From Lama guanicoe (taxonomy: Eukaryota): a DNA stretch of 64,000 bases. The stretch spans positions 2,454,282 to 2,518,281 of the forward strand of contig MU054400.1 in assembly GCA_013239625.1 (NCBI GenBank), in the 5' to 3' direction. The notes below the pieces were generated by a model that ran no database searches, was not told the DNA's origin, and saw only the letters and a program-made list of their open reading frames with translations. Position 1 is the first letter of the stretch, and each line of letters starts with the position of its first letter. Position numbers and translations under genes: made by a program. Below are positions 54,301 through 63,062 of the stretch, in pieces.

Positions 54301-57300
54301 TCCCTCATTCAAGCATTCCTGAAAATAATTCCCTTAAAAAAAAAAGCCACTTACTCATTGTAGTTATGACATTGGAAAGGAAACAATAAATCATTCATTC
54401 TATAGATAAAAACAGATATTTGCTGAAGGCTAAGGCAGAGTTATCTAATAGAAATAAAGTGCAAGCTACATGTGTAATTTCAAGTTTTTCTACGAGTTTG
54501 TTAAAAATGTAAAATCAAACAGGTGTAACTAATTTTAACAATATATTTTTACTTAACCTGATGTATTGGAAATATCCTTTCCACACGTAATCAGTGTAAA
54601 GTCATTAATGAGATATTTCACACCTTGTTTCACACTAAGTCTCCAAAATCCAGCGTGTGTTTTATATTTACAGTACATGCCAACTCTAATGTTAAGTTTT
54701 TATGAAAAGCACATTTAACAGCCTTCCTAAACCTGACTGGCTCACCAGGCGATTCGTGGAGCAAGCCAGGCTTCCCTGGTGTGTGTGCCTAGATTTTCAC
54801 CCTTAGAAGTTCTGAATTTTATCCAGCCTCTCTTGTTGTCAATTTTCATCTCTTCCTTGTCTCTGGATCCCTTCCCATTCTTTGAGTTTGAAAAAATCTT
54901 TCAGTTGCTCTATTCTTAAAAAAAAAACAAAACAAAAAACAAAACTTACCCCAAATACAGACAATTGACAAATGTATTTGTCAAGTAAAGATTTTTTTTC
55001 TTAAATTGATGATGAAATGATTGAGTGTCCATTTAGAAAATCAGAAAACTTGACTCTCACCTTACAGTATTCATAAAAATCAATTTCAGAGTAGAGAGCA
55101 AGAACAAACTTTTTGAAAATATGGGAGGGCATTTTCATGATCTTGCAGGGTAGGAAGAGATTTCTTAAACAGGCTATATAAACCAGAAACACCTGATAAA
55201 TGGGACCTCAATGCAATTAACTTGTTCACCAAAATGTTAAAGACTGAAAGATTCAGAGTGGTACAAGACATCTGTGAACCATAGAACTGATAAAGGGCTT
55301 GTATTGGAACCTTTAAAGAACGCTTTCAAATCAATAGGAAAAAGACAAAAATCCAGTACAGAAAATGGACAAGCGACTTGAACAAGTATTTCATAAGTAG
55401 ACATCTAACGGCTGATTACATAGGAAAATTAAAATCAAACCTCAGTCATACTCTACTGTACACCTGTCAGAATCACTGAAATGAACAAGCCAGGTAAATG
55501 TTGGTGAGGCTAAGGACTAATAGGAACTCACACTCTGTGGATGCAAATGTAAGTTGGTAAAACCACTTAGGAAGCCAGTTTGTCATTATTATTAAAGTTG
55601 AAAGTGTATATGCATTTCTAAGGACCTAGCATGCCACTCCTAAGAATAATCCCAGAATAAATGTGTTACCTATTCACCAAGAGACATGTGCAAGAGAATT
55701 CAGAGCTCCCCAAAGCTCCAAACTTAACACCAAGTCCACTGACAGTAAAACAAATTGTGCAACGTTGATGGAGAATACTGTGTATCAGTAAAATTGGATG
55801 AACTCCAGTTACTCCCAGTACTATGGCTGAATCTTAGGAACAGAAAGCTGAGCAAAAGAAGTCCGATGCAAAATGACTCATCTTACTTAATTCCGTGTAA
55901 ATGTTCTGAAATAAGCAAATCATTTTTCTGATGATTTCCTGTTTATATAAAATTCAAAAACAGGCAAAGGCAGTGCTTGAGGATTCATCATCAGAAGTGA
56001 AGGTATATAGCACAGCGGGGAAGTACTCACTACAAAGTTGGGAACTGTGTTACCCCCGGGGGAGGGAGGCAGTTGTACCCGAGGTGCAAGGTGCAGGTGT
56101 TCCAGCTGAGGGATAGCAATGTCTTTTTTATTGACCTGGGTGGCACGTTATAGTAGGATGTCTATTTGGTTTCACATGTTTTTCTGTATGTTATATTTCA
56201 CAATTATAAGAAAAACCCTGCCGACAACCCTGATCTTGTCTCTCGGAAGCCTGTCTCTCTTCCCCCTCTCCTCTCTGCCAGAGGAACGTCCTTTCTGTCC
56301 TCATTTTCTCTAGTCTCTTAACTCCCACTCATAATACAAACTGTCCCCTGTGCCCACCCTGGTCACCAATAACTGCTAGTTAGCAAATCAAATGAACTTG
56401 TCTCCTTCGTTCCACGGAGGAGTCTTTGATGTTGAACTTGTGGTTCTTTTTCCGCTGGCTCCCCCAGACCCTTCCTCTCCTGGTTCTGTCGTCTCTTTCC
56501 CTGTGGCCTCTCTGCTTCATCCTCTGACTTTAACTTTCCCACTCCTGAAACACAGGTTCTTCCCAGCTTCCCCTCCACGTGGTCCCACCCACGCCCTTGG
56601 CCACCTCTGTGCGAACAGCCCCCAAAGGTATGGTGCCCCCTTCCAGGCTCCAGGTGCAGATGTGCCCAAAGCTTCCTGGTCCATCACCATCTTTATCCAG
56701 ATGTTTGGTATCATCTTAATTTCAACCAGGAGGCCTCAGAATGAAGTCATTCTCTTCCTCGTTCTGACCCTCTTCCTGTCCATGTAAAGGGAATCACTTC
56801 CAAGTTGGCGTTTCTAATGTGGACTCGTCGCTCTCTTTAACCTGCCCCAGCACTAAGAGCAGCTGCTCATCATTTTGTATCTGCAGCCCACGTTGGGGCC
56901 CTCGGGCCCGGGCACGGACAGTTCTCTTAGTTTGCAGTGCTTAGCTGATGCCCCTCCCTCTTCAACTGGGAAATCCCTGCCCACCTTTAAGCCCTCACTG
57001 GTATTCTCTTTCCTTCCTTGTTGCACGAGTAGCATATTGTTCCTTCTTGAATTGTTCTGGCAGTGGCCATAGCTAGGGGGCAGGTAACAATTTTGCTGAG
57101 TAAATACATGTCTCTGGAGACTCCTGGTGAAGAGCAAGCCCTGGACAAATAACCTGGTCAGTGCTTGTTGGTGCTGATGTGCGGTACTCTGCTGGGCCTG
57201 AGATGCCCTGCTCTGTACCCCGAGGCCTGGAGATGCTCTGCTGGGGCCGAAGAGCGTGAGGGATGGAACGCAGGGCCGCGGTGGGTGGCTGTGTCTCCTC

Positions 57301-58965
57301 GCCACTGCCCCTGGGCAGCCAGCTGCCGGTGACATGACCTTTCTCCACTACAGTTACCTTTCTCCTGCTGCCATGTTCACTTTAACTCTTTATTGCATTC
57401 TATCCCCTCCATTCTTTTGACTCATAAAAGGCTCCCTGCTGTGGGCTTTTCTTCTTATTGAACCCTTAGGATGGGGATCAGGATATGCCACCCAAAATAT
57501 GCCACTTTGGTGTAAGAATTATTTTGAGCTGAAGGCAAATGAGAAAAAGTAGGCCCAGAAAGAGCTCTCTGCCCTTCCTTCATCTGCCTAAAAGCAGGGC
57601 ATAATTTTCCCTTATGCAAATGTTCCACCCTCCCCCATAAAAGAAAGAAAACATCCCTTATCACTGGAGACCGAGATGCCAGGAGATACCTGATTAGCAA
57701 ACCTTATCTTCCAGTAGTTACCTCCACATATTTCCTAGTCACTGTCTCACAATTTATTGGCCCTGAAAGCACAACCTCACTTTCCCCCTTTGTCTAATCA
57801 GTTCTCCACAATTTATCTTCCTTTTTAAAATGGTATATAAGCCTCTAAGTCTTACTGCTTCTTTGGGCTTTTCATTTCTTTTCTGTGAAGCTGTCTTTTT
57901 CGGTGAATTTTATGTGTACACAAAATTATAAAATTGTGTATGCCTTTGCTTGTTGAGCTGCCATTTGTCAGTTTAATTTATAGACCTCAGGAGCTGAATC
58001 TAAGAGGGTGGAGGGAAAGATTTTTCCTCCCCTACACTTATAACCTATGAAATGAGCATGACTGTGACCACTATACAGACAACTAAACTGAGGATCAGGG
58101 AAGTTACAATAACTTGTGGGTGGAAGACTCAAGGCTCAAGTCAAAGCCCCTTTACCTTCCTTGTTCCTTTCTTTGCTCATGCCTGAACACTTGTTTTGCC
58201 TGTTTATTGATGCTCAACCCTAAGAGATTGCTGACACCTGCTCACGTGGCCTCCTGAGTCGGGTGTCAGCTCAGGAGAGGGCGCATTCTGGGAACAGCCC
58301 TGCAAAATCCCCATCCCAGACCTAGTCGGAAAGCCGGTGTTTTCCAGTGACAAGACTCCTTCTGCGGCACCTAGCCCTGGGCCAAGCAGCATTAATCACT
58401 CAGTGAGTTTTGGTTGATGACGTGAGATGGTTTGCATAACCCAGCTGCTGGGGACGGGTACCCAGGCCACCGTCTAACAGGGGCTCTGAGACCCGGTTAA
58501 AGAGAAAGGGACCCTGAGGTGCTGATTACATCCAGGATCTGGCTTGTTCCCCATTCTTCCTTTCTCACCAACCCTTTGGGAAAATGTCTACAGGTACATG
58601 TTATATTCCTGCCACGCGAGTCTAAGGGCAAAAAAAGCAGGAGAGGACAGTCTTGTTTTTAAGTGACAGGGCAAGTCAGGGATCAAAACAGTTTCGATTC
58701 AAAGAGACTTTACAGGTTTCTCAAGCCAAGAATAAACAAAAAAGAAAAAATAATAGGCTTAACGCGTGACATTAAAAATCTTACTGCGTTCCAATAATCC
58801 CACTGCTTTAGTTAAGAAACATGCCAAAAAGGCAGGGAAAGAGCAGTATTTCCTTGGTCTTAAACATAGGATAAAATATCTGCTCACCTGGAAACCGGTG
58901 TTGCTGTGGCCCTGGGTTCTGAGGGCTGTCATCCTCAGCAGCTCCACAGAGTTTTTGCTGCTCAT
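13031..58965 (-). CDS. SLC28A3: SLC28A3/CNT3 full spliced CDS span (18 coding exons, 2094 nt, 697 aa)
   Basis: Exon lengths 78+99+83+92+190+145+114+78+81+81+126+131+169+198+82+99+121+127=2094. All introns are GT-AG and the frame is continuous. CNT-family motifs are present ([45 protein letters not shown]), plus a CNT3-type C-terminus. Confidence 0.97.
13573..13605. repeat. (GTACCTA)n heptamer tandem repeat, about 4.5 copies
   Basis: GTACCTAGTACCTAGTACCTAGTACCTAGTACC. Confidence 0.9.
13608..13850 (+). mobile_element. MIR SINE
   Basis: GTTAAGGGCATGGGCTCTG...GATGAGTTAAT...AAAGTGCCTA. Confidence 0.55.
13950..14130 (-). mobile_element. MIR SINE
   Basis: GGCTCAGAGATGTTAAGTACCTTGCTCAAGGACACACAG core. 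Confidence 0.6.
14301..14380 (+). mobile_element. tRNA-Ala-derived SINE (camelid type), short form
   Basis: A-box TAGCTCAGGGG, B-box GGTTCAATCC, A-rich tail. TSD AAGTTATCA at 14290-14298 and 14381-14389. Confidence 0.85.
14405..14525 (-). CDS. SLC28A3: SLC28A3 coding exon 17 ([39 protein letters not shown])
   Basis: ttccag|GC...AG|gtattg; 121 nt. Confidence 0.95.
14759..14857 (-). CDS. SLC28A3: SLC28A3 coding exon 16 ([32 protein letters not shown])
   Basis: tcccag|CA...GCAG|gtactg; 99 nt. Confidence 0.96.
15516..15597 (-). CDS. SLC28A3: SLC28A3 coding exon 15 ([27 protein letters not shown])
   Basis: ttccag|ATA...CTCA|gtaagt; 82 nt. Confidence 0.97.
15985..16830 (+). mobile_element. Old L1M 3' fragment
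   Basis: ORF2-end motifs (TTGGTGGGAATGTAAACTAG, ATAGCCCCAAGCTGGAAACAACTCAAATGTCC). Confidence 0.75.
19792..19989 (-). CDS. SLC28A3: SLC28A3 coding exon 14 ([22 protein letters not shown]...[10 protein letters not shown]...QQYMS)
   Basis: ttgtag|ATA...TCG|gtgagt; 198 nt; overlaps ORF 19627..19968. Confidence 0.97.
20385..20553 (-). CDS. SLC28A3: SLC28A3 coding exon 13 ([30 protein letters not shown]...DYPQLSFE)
   Basis: gataaag|TGAT...GAG|gtataa; 169 nt. Confidence 0.95.
21777..21907 (-). CDS. SLC28A3: SLC28A3 coding exon 12 ([44 protein letters not shown])
   Basis: tcacag|GTT...AGTGG|gtaagt; 131 nt. Confidence 0.96.
22835..23205. mobile_element. Adjacent MER5A-like and MER58A-like hAT MITEs
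   Basis: AAAGCTCCCAGGTGATTC...TTTGAGAAGCACTG, then TTTTCTGTAAAGGGCCAGA...CAGGCCACAGTTTGCTGACCCC. Confidence 0.65.
23538..23663 (-). CDS. SLC28A3: SLC28A3 coding exon 11 ([42 protein letters not shown])
   Basis: ttccag|ACA...GGG|gtaaga; 126 nt. Confidence 0.97.
23735..23910. mobile_element. MER5A-like hAT MITE
   Basis: TGAGTCAGAAACTCTGGGGATGGGTCCAGCAG...GTTTGAGAACC. Confidence 0.65.
25515..25595 (-). CDS. SLC28A3: SLC28A3 coding exon 10 ([27 protein letters not shown])
   Basis: ttttag|GTT...CAG|gtaagt; 81 nt. Confidence 0.96.
25818..25882. repeat. Imperfect tandem duplication (about 31-nt unit built from AATGTCTATT)
   Basis: AATGTCTATTGAAATGTCTATTTCATACAAGT followed by AATGTCTATTGAATGTCTACTGTATACAAGT. 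Confidence 0.8.
25900..26100 (-). mobile_element. MIR SINE
   Basis: CCCATTTTATAGAAGAGGAAACCAAGGCACAGA core. Confidence 0.65.
26152..26232 (-). CDS. SLC28A3: SLC28A3 coding exon 9 ([27 protein letters not shown])
   Basis: ctccag|GTC...AAG|gtaccg; 81 nt. Confidence 0.96.
28043..28526. mobile_element. Tigger1-derived internally deleted DNA transposon
   Basis: Degenerate terminal inverted repeats CAGGCATCCCT...AAGTATGTCTG and Tigger1-type end sequences. Confidence 0.75.
28772..28849 (-). CDS. SLC28A3: SLC28A3 coding exon 8 ([26 protein letters not shown])
   Basis: actcag|ACA...AAG|gtaaag; 78 nt. Confidence 0.96.
29452..29565 (-). CDS. SLC28A3: SLC28A3 coding exon 7 ([38 protein letters not shown])
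   Basis: tgtag|GTT...CAG|gtaagt; 114 nt. Confidence 0.96.
30835..30979 (-). CDS. SLC28A3: SLC28A3 coding exon 6 ([31 protein letters not shown]...SKHPTR)
   Basis: ctgcag|G...AGA|gtgagt; 145 nt; contained in ORF 30535..30978. Confidence 0.96.
32064..32253 (-). CDS. SLC28A3: SLC28A3 coding exon 5 ([20 protein letters not shown]...HWFWLKW)
   Basis: gacag|GTTAC...AAGTG|gtaaat; 190 nt; transmembrane-type sequence. Confidence 0.96.
32376..32992 (-). mobile_element. L1 fragment with internal deletion (RT segment joined to ORF2 C-terminus and 3' UTR)
   Basis: ORF 32557..32991 reads [35 protein letters not shown] (RT region) directly followed by [11 protein letters not shown]...TWMDLE (ORF2 end). 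Confidence 0.88.
34225..34316 (-). CDS. SLC28A3: SLC28A3 coding exon 4 ([30 protein letters not shown])
   Basis: ttacag|GTG...GCAA|gtaagt; 92 nt. Confidence 0.95.
36988..37070 (-). CDS. SLC28A3: SLC28A3 coding exon 3 ([28 protein letters not shown])
   Basis: tttccag|GGC...AAAGG|gtaaaa; 83 nt; acidic stretch as in human EQDSPR..EDDDEE..QKG. Confidence 0.93.
38346..38484 (-). mobile_element. tRNA-Ala-derived SINE (camelid type)
   Basis: A and B boxes on the minus strand. 15-bp TSD TCTTTCTCATCTTTA at 38331-38345 and 38485-38499. Confidence 0.88.
38760..39400 (-). mobile_element. L1MC-like 3' fragment
   Basis: GGACATCTTGGTTGCTTCCAGGTTTTG...ATGAATAAAGCTGCTATAAACA signature. Confidence 0.75.
39924..39972. 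repeat. (GA)n microsatellite, about 24 units
   Basis: Read directly from the sequence. Confidence 0.95.
40439..40537 (-). CDS. SLC28A3: SLC28A3 coding exon 2 ([33 protein letters not shown])
   Basis: ctttttcttag|GAT...CAG|gtacgg; 99 nt, phase 0/0; similar to human NEENFLENENTSGNNS. Confidence 0.92.
42546..42559 (-). promoter_or_regulatory. CTCF consensus motif
   Basis: Minus strand reads CCACCAGGTGGCAG. Confidence 0.55.
43658..43678. repeat. Poly-G run, about 21 nt
   Basis: Read directly from the sequence. Confidence 0.9.
43860..44010 (-). mobile_element. MIR SINE
   Basis: TTTCACAAATGAGGAAACTAAGGC core. Confidence 0.55.
48104..48459 (+). mobile_element. MaLR solo LTR (MLT1A/MST-like)
   Basis: TGCTATGGTCTGAAT...TTGTTATAGCAGCC...AAGACA with a 5-bp TSD CTGGT on both sides. 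Confidence 0.85.
51351..51385. repeat. (GA)n microsatellite
   Basis: Read directly from the sequence. Confidence 0.9.
51839..51986 (-). mobile_element. tRNA-Ala-derived SINE (camelid type)
   Basis: 13-bp TSD TCCAATGCATTCC at 51826-51838 and 51987-51999. Confidence 0.88.
52120..53825 (+). mobile_element. Ancient L1M 5' UTR/ORF1 remnant
   Basis: ORF1-end signature AATAAGATTAACAACTGACTTCTCATCAGAAACCGTGGAGGCCAGAAGG at about 53768-53817; degenerate, boundaries approximate. Confidence 0.65.
52961..53145 (+). mobile_element. Short L1 3' end nested in an older L1
   Basis: TSD AAATCCTTAAACTGA / AAATCCTTCAACTAA at 52946-52960 and 53146-53160; AATAAA before the tail. Confidence 0.8.
54435..54720. mobile_element. 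MER3/MER33-like hAT fragment
   Basis: TCTAATAGAAATAAAGTGCAAGCTACATGTGTAATTT start. Confidence 0.55.
55030..56210 (+). mobile_element. Degenerate L1M(D/E) fragment
   Basis: ORF2-end-like motifs (AAAATGGACAAGCGACTTGAACA, GTTGGTGAGG...GGAACTC). Confidence 0.65.
57469..58036 (+). mobile_element. ERV1-class solo LTR (MER34-like)
   Basis: Starts GGATGGGGATCAGGATATGCCACCCAAAATATGCCACTTTGG and ends TTTTTCCTCCCCTACA. 4-bp TSD CTTA at 57465-57468 and 58037-58040; TATATAA at 57834-57840. Confidence 0.8.
58888..58965 (-). CDS. SLC28A3: SLC28A3 coding exon 1 ([26 protein letters not shown])
   Basis: ATG at 58965; donor CAG|gtgagc. Resembles human MELRSTAAPRAEGYSNVGFQ. The choice of start codon is less certain than the 3' boundary. 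Confidence 0.88.
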
Positions 58966-59089
58966 GGAATTGGCTGGGCTCTGAATTCTTTCCAGATGTC
59001 TGGGCTGGAGGTCCCCTGTACCTGTGCAGAAGAACACAGCCTCTGCTGATGTCAAAAGGCCACCTTGCTGTTGTAGGAACCTGTGCACT

Positions 59090-59210
59090 GCTTCAGTTTG
59101 GAAACTTTGATTAAAATCTCCCGGTTGGGGTGGGGTAGGAGTGGCGGGAGGCGGGGTGGACGCTTCCAGGTCAGGTCCACCTACCTCATTAATCCTTTTC
59201 TTTACGTTTG
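59090..59210 (-). promoter_or_regulatory. Candidate proximal promoter of SLC28A3 (GC/GT boxes; no CpG island)
   Basis: GGGGTGGGG and GGGAGGCGGGG Sp/KLF-type boxes at 59127-59156 and CTTTGAT at 59105-59111, about 140-190 nt upstream of the ATG. Confidence 0.5.
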
Positions 59211-59766
59211 TTCCTGCCTGCCCATTTTCACTCCAGAAATAAAACTGGTTCTGCTGAGAACAGAAAAGGATGTTTTCTCTGTAGTCTTGAGTGAAATAAC
59301 ATATTTCCTGCGGTGGTGGTGGTCACTGGGAGTGGTGGGGTGGCAGGGGACGCCAGGGCTGTCTGCTACCAAGTGACCATGATCCTGTGCTGGGTCTGTG
59401 CTCAGGACATTATATATGGTGGTGTTGGTTGATCATTAGAACAAGGGAAAACTGAGGTGTCCACTAACAACACCTCACTTAACACCTCAGATAAATTAAC
59501 AAGAGGTATTGGTTTGTTCAGGGCCATTTGGCTGATGAGGGAACATTGAGATGTCAAATGCTGGTCTGGTGGACTCTAAGGCCTTTCTCCTACATCCCTG
59601 TCTGCAGACAAGATCATGTTTGAAAATTCAACTCCTAGGAATGCAAACATGTGGCAGATAAATGAAAAGTGACCAATTTAATCAAAAGAGTCTGCTTTAT
59701 GAAATTATTAGCTGTAGGACTTTTTCAAAATAGCAATATCCCCTAGTACATTTAAAATGAACTATC

Positions 59767-60145
59767 GTATCACTTATATGTGGAATCTAAAAAAAAAAAA
59801 AGCCAAATGAACTTATTTTCAAAACAGAAATAGACTCACATAGTAAAGAAACTTATGGTTACCAGAGCAGGGAGGGGGTGGGAAGGGATAAATTGGGAGT
59901 TTGAGATTTGCGGATACTAACTACTATAGATAGACTAGATAAACAGCAAGTTCATACTGTAGAGCACAGCGAACTATATTCAGCATCTTATAGTAACTTG
60001 TGGTGAAAAAGAATATGAAAATAAATATATATATGTTCATATATGACTGAAGCATTATGCTGTACACCAGAAGTTGACAGAATATAGACTGATTATACTG
60101 CAATAAAAATATATACATATCCAAAATTAAATAAATAAATAAATG
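59767..60145 (+). mobile_element. 5'-truncated L1 3' end (artiodactyl type)
   Basis: TATCACTTATATGTGGAATCTAAAAA...GGGATAAATTGGGAGTTTGAGATTTGC...AATAAA and A-rich tail. Confidence 0.85.
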
Positions 60146-60160
60146 GAATGAACGATCATG

Positions 60161-60327
60161 AGCGGGGAGGGTATAGCTCAGTGGTAGAGAGCATGCCTAC
60201 CAGGCATGAGGTCCTGGGTTCAATCCCCCATAGGTCCAGAAAAAAATAAATAAATAAGTAAACCTAATTACCACCCCCCCAAAAAATCCCCAAAACAAAC
60301 AAAAAGAAAAACCTAAAAAAGTAAAAT
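60161..60327 (+). mobile_element. tRNA-Ala-derived SINE (camelid type)
   Basis: GGGGAGGGTATAGCTCAGTGGTAGAG...GGGTTCAATCCCC, then an AAACCTAATTACC segment and an A-rich tail. Confidence 0.88.
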
Positions 60328-60571
60328 AAAATTAACTATCACATATCTATTAATTATTATAATTATGTGTCCTGGGTGGAAACATGAAAACTTTTATGAT
60401 AAGTGAGAAACCAAAATTAATAAATTGAATGCTGCAAAAGAGTGGAAGAAAGTATCAAATATTTACTAGTGGTTATTTCTGGGTTGTGGTTTTATGGGTA
60501 GTTGCTATTTTGTCTTTCATCCTTCATTTTCTGTAAAGAATGTAATTTACTACTATTATTATCATATTGAA

Positions 60572-60591
60572 TATATATACATATAATTCAT

Positions 60592-60631
<40 letters not shown>
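60572..60631. repeat. (TA)n / (TACA)n microsatellite
   Basis: Read directly from the sequence. Confidence 0.9.
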
Positions 60632-60634
<3 letters not shown>

Positions 60635-60687
60635 AGGAGCTCACTGGACCCATCCTGCCTGGTTTCAAATCTGGTCTAATACTTACT

Positions 60688-60900
60688 GCAGCAAACTACA
60701 ACTTAGCTCAAGAGCTAAACCCAGCCTGCTACCTGTTTTTATACAGCCCAAGAGCTAGGAGTGGTTTTTAAATAGTTGGGCAAAAATAATCAAAAGGATG
60801 AATATTTCATGACATAGGCAAACTATATGAAATTCAAATTTCAGTGTTCATAAATAAGATTTCATTGGAACACAAATATACTCATTCATTTATGCTCAGG
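60688..60900. mobile_element. MER58-like hAT fragment
   Basis: CAGCCTGCTACCTGTTTTT...TATGAAATTCAAATTTCAGTG...TTCATTGGAACACA. Confidence 0.55.
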
Positions 60901-62449
60901 ACAACTGAGTTCAAGGTTATGGAAAATCCTAACCCTCCAGATGGAAGGAAGAGACTTCATTTTGCTACTTATGGTTGTCATTGCAGGAACGTGACTCAAA
61001 TGCCTGACATTTTTGCAGGTATCATTACGTGGACCTTTTAAAATGCAACAATCCAATTTTTTTTTCTCCTGCCTCTAGGCTGTAGATGGGACTTTTGAAA
61101 AGGGTTTAAACAATATGTTTGAAAAGAATGCAAGCATATTTGAGAATGGGTCCCCGGTGCAGGCAAAAACACACAACGACCTGTCTGTTTCATTCCCCAA
61201 CTATGCCGGCTAAAAGGAAAAATTGAGACCTAATGTGAGCACATTGCGCATACAACCATGATGCTGAAATGCAAAAGAGACGGTCATTTACAAGACGTTT
61301 TAACTTAAAATGTTATCTATCTGAAACTTATGGTTAAGAGCTTTTAAGACTAATGAAAAATTCCGACTTTCTTGTCAGCACAAGAATTAACTTGATTCAT
61401 GGGACTATCACTTTAAACAATGGTTCCTTGGTAGAAGCCATGGCTCATCTTGCTCAATTAGGAAATATACGTTGTGATCAGAAAATAGGGTGAAAGACCC
61501 TTTCAACTTTCCAAGACTGCATGTTAAATCATTCCCCAGTCATGCAGAATCATTATTTGGAAGGACTAGCTTGTGACAAGACCTGAGGAACTGTCTCTAA
61601 ACTCCTCTGAGTCTGAGCTGTTGTCATTGCGGGGTCCCTCACACTCAGTTTTAAACTTTGAAACCATTGTGTAGCAACCAAATCACTAGATCTTTTAATC
61701 AAATGATTTCTATGTTCTATTCCATTCCCTAAGAGTTGGCTTATAGACTGAAAACCCATGGGCTGTATTTGCACAAGCTTATTAAAGAATAACAAAAAAG
61801 CCTCCCAACCCCTTTCCAATCTATTAAAAATCTGAATGTAAAAAATTTGTAAATACATGACAGCAGTACTTGCCTTCTGCATGCAGTTCTGTAGTTTTGT
61901 TCCTTTTGGTGACAGTGTTTCCAAAAAGAGTGAAATGAATTTAAAAACATTATGTGTAACACTTGTCCCATATTGGGAACAATGTATTACCTGTTACAGC
62001 ATGATTTTTATCTGCTCCCTGTTGTCCTCACCAAAAGAATATTTCATATACTAGAGATTGCTATTTGGATGTATGTACATCTTAACGTAGTTTGATAAAC
62101 TGAAAATCTAGTCCTGGGATGACTACAAAACTTAATCTCAATAAACAACTCGAATTACTCCGGTCATCCAAGAGAGGGAAAAAAAGCAATAATGTATATT
62201 TGAAGTAGAAAATACTTTGGGATGTTTCACCAACCAAATCACCTCTGTAGTTAGATTTTGCTTTTCAACACTCCCACTGTACAGCAAGTACTAGGCAAGG
62301 CCAGGCATAGAATCTGCTGCCACCTGGGTAACACCCACCTGTGACTTAAGATTACTTGGCTGTCTGTATCACCTTAGTTAGAATCCTGGGAAAGAAGAAT
62401 TTGGCACAAGGGTGGGCCAGTAAAAGAAAAGGGAAGAGAGCCAGCGTCT

Positions 62450-62640
62450 GCTGAACACTGCTGTGTGCCTTTTAGGTACTTAGATTATTTCCACTTCATC
62501 TTTGTAACAACTCTGTAAATGAGGTTTCAGTAGCCCCATTTCTTGGATGAAACACCTGAGACGCAGGGAGACAAAGTGACTTTTCCAAGAGCATAACTAA
62601 TTCGTGGCAAAGTCATAATTTGAGGCCACGTCTCTGAAAT
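62450..62640 (-). mobile_element. MIR SINE
   Basis: CCCCATTTCTTGGATGAAACACCTGAGAC core. Confidence 0.55.
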
Positions 62641-62907
62641 CTAGTCATGTCAAGAGCTAAGCTCTGGGAAGAAATAAAGCCCAAGGGAGGCACCACTGAG
62701 CTGATACCCCAAAGAGTTCATTTTATTAGTGGGGAAAGCAAACTTTAACCAAGGTAAATGCAAAAAGGTTGATCAAATGGGAAAACAAGAAGGTTGTCAG
62801 GACCCAGAGTTTAATCTATCTCTGTACTTAGAGATCCTTAAAAAATGTGCCAGTGCTTAACCGAGGTGTCTTGAAGGCCGGTCCACGCTGTTCAGCCCCT
62901 GGCAAGA

Positions 62908-63062
62908 ACCAGGGCTGGGAGGAAGCAAAGAGCCTGGGGTGCACGTTTTAAGAGGACACTCACTCTCAGTGTCATCCAAGTACACGGTTAGCACCTGAGA
63001 TTGAGGCCTTCTTAAATTTTGCACCTTAGGCACCTTGCCTGGCTCGCCCTGCTCCTGGCCCC
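62908..63062. mobile_element. MER91-like hAT-Tip100 MITE (imperfect palindrome)
   Basis: CCTGGGGTGCACGTTTTAAGAGG can pair with CCTTCTTAAATTTTGCACCTTAGG. Confidence 0.55.
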
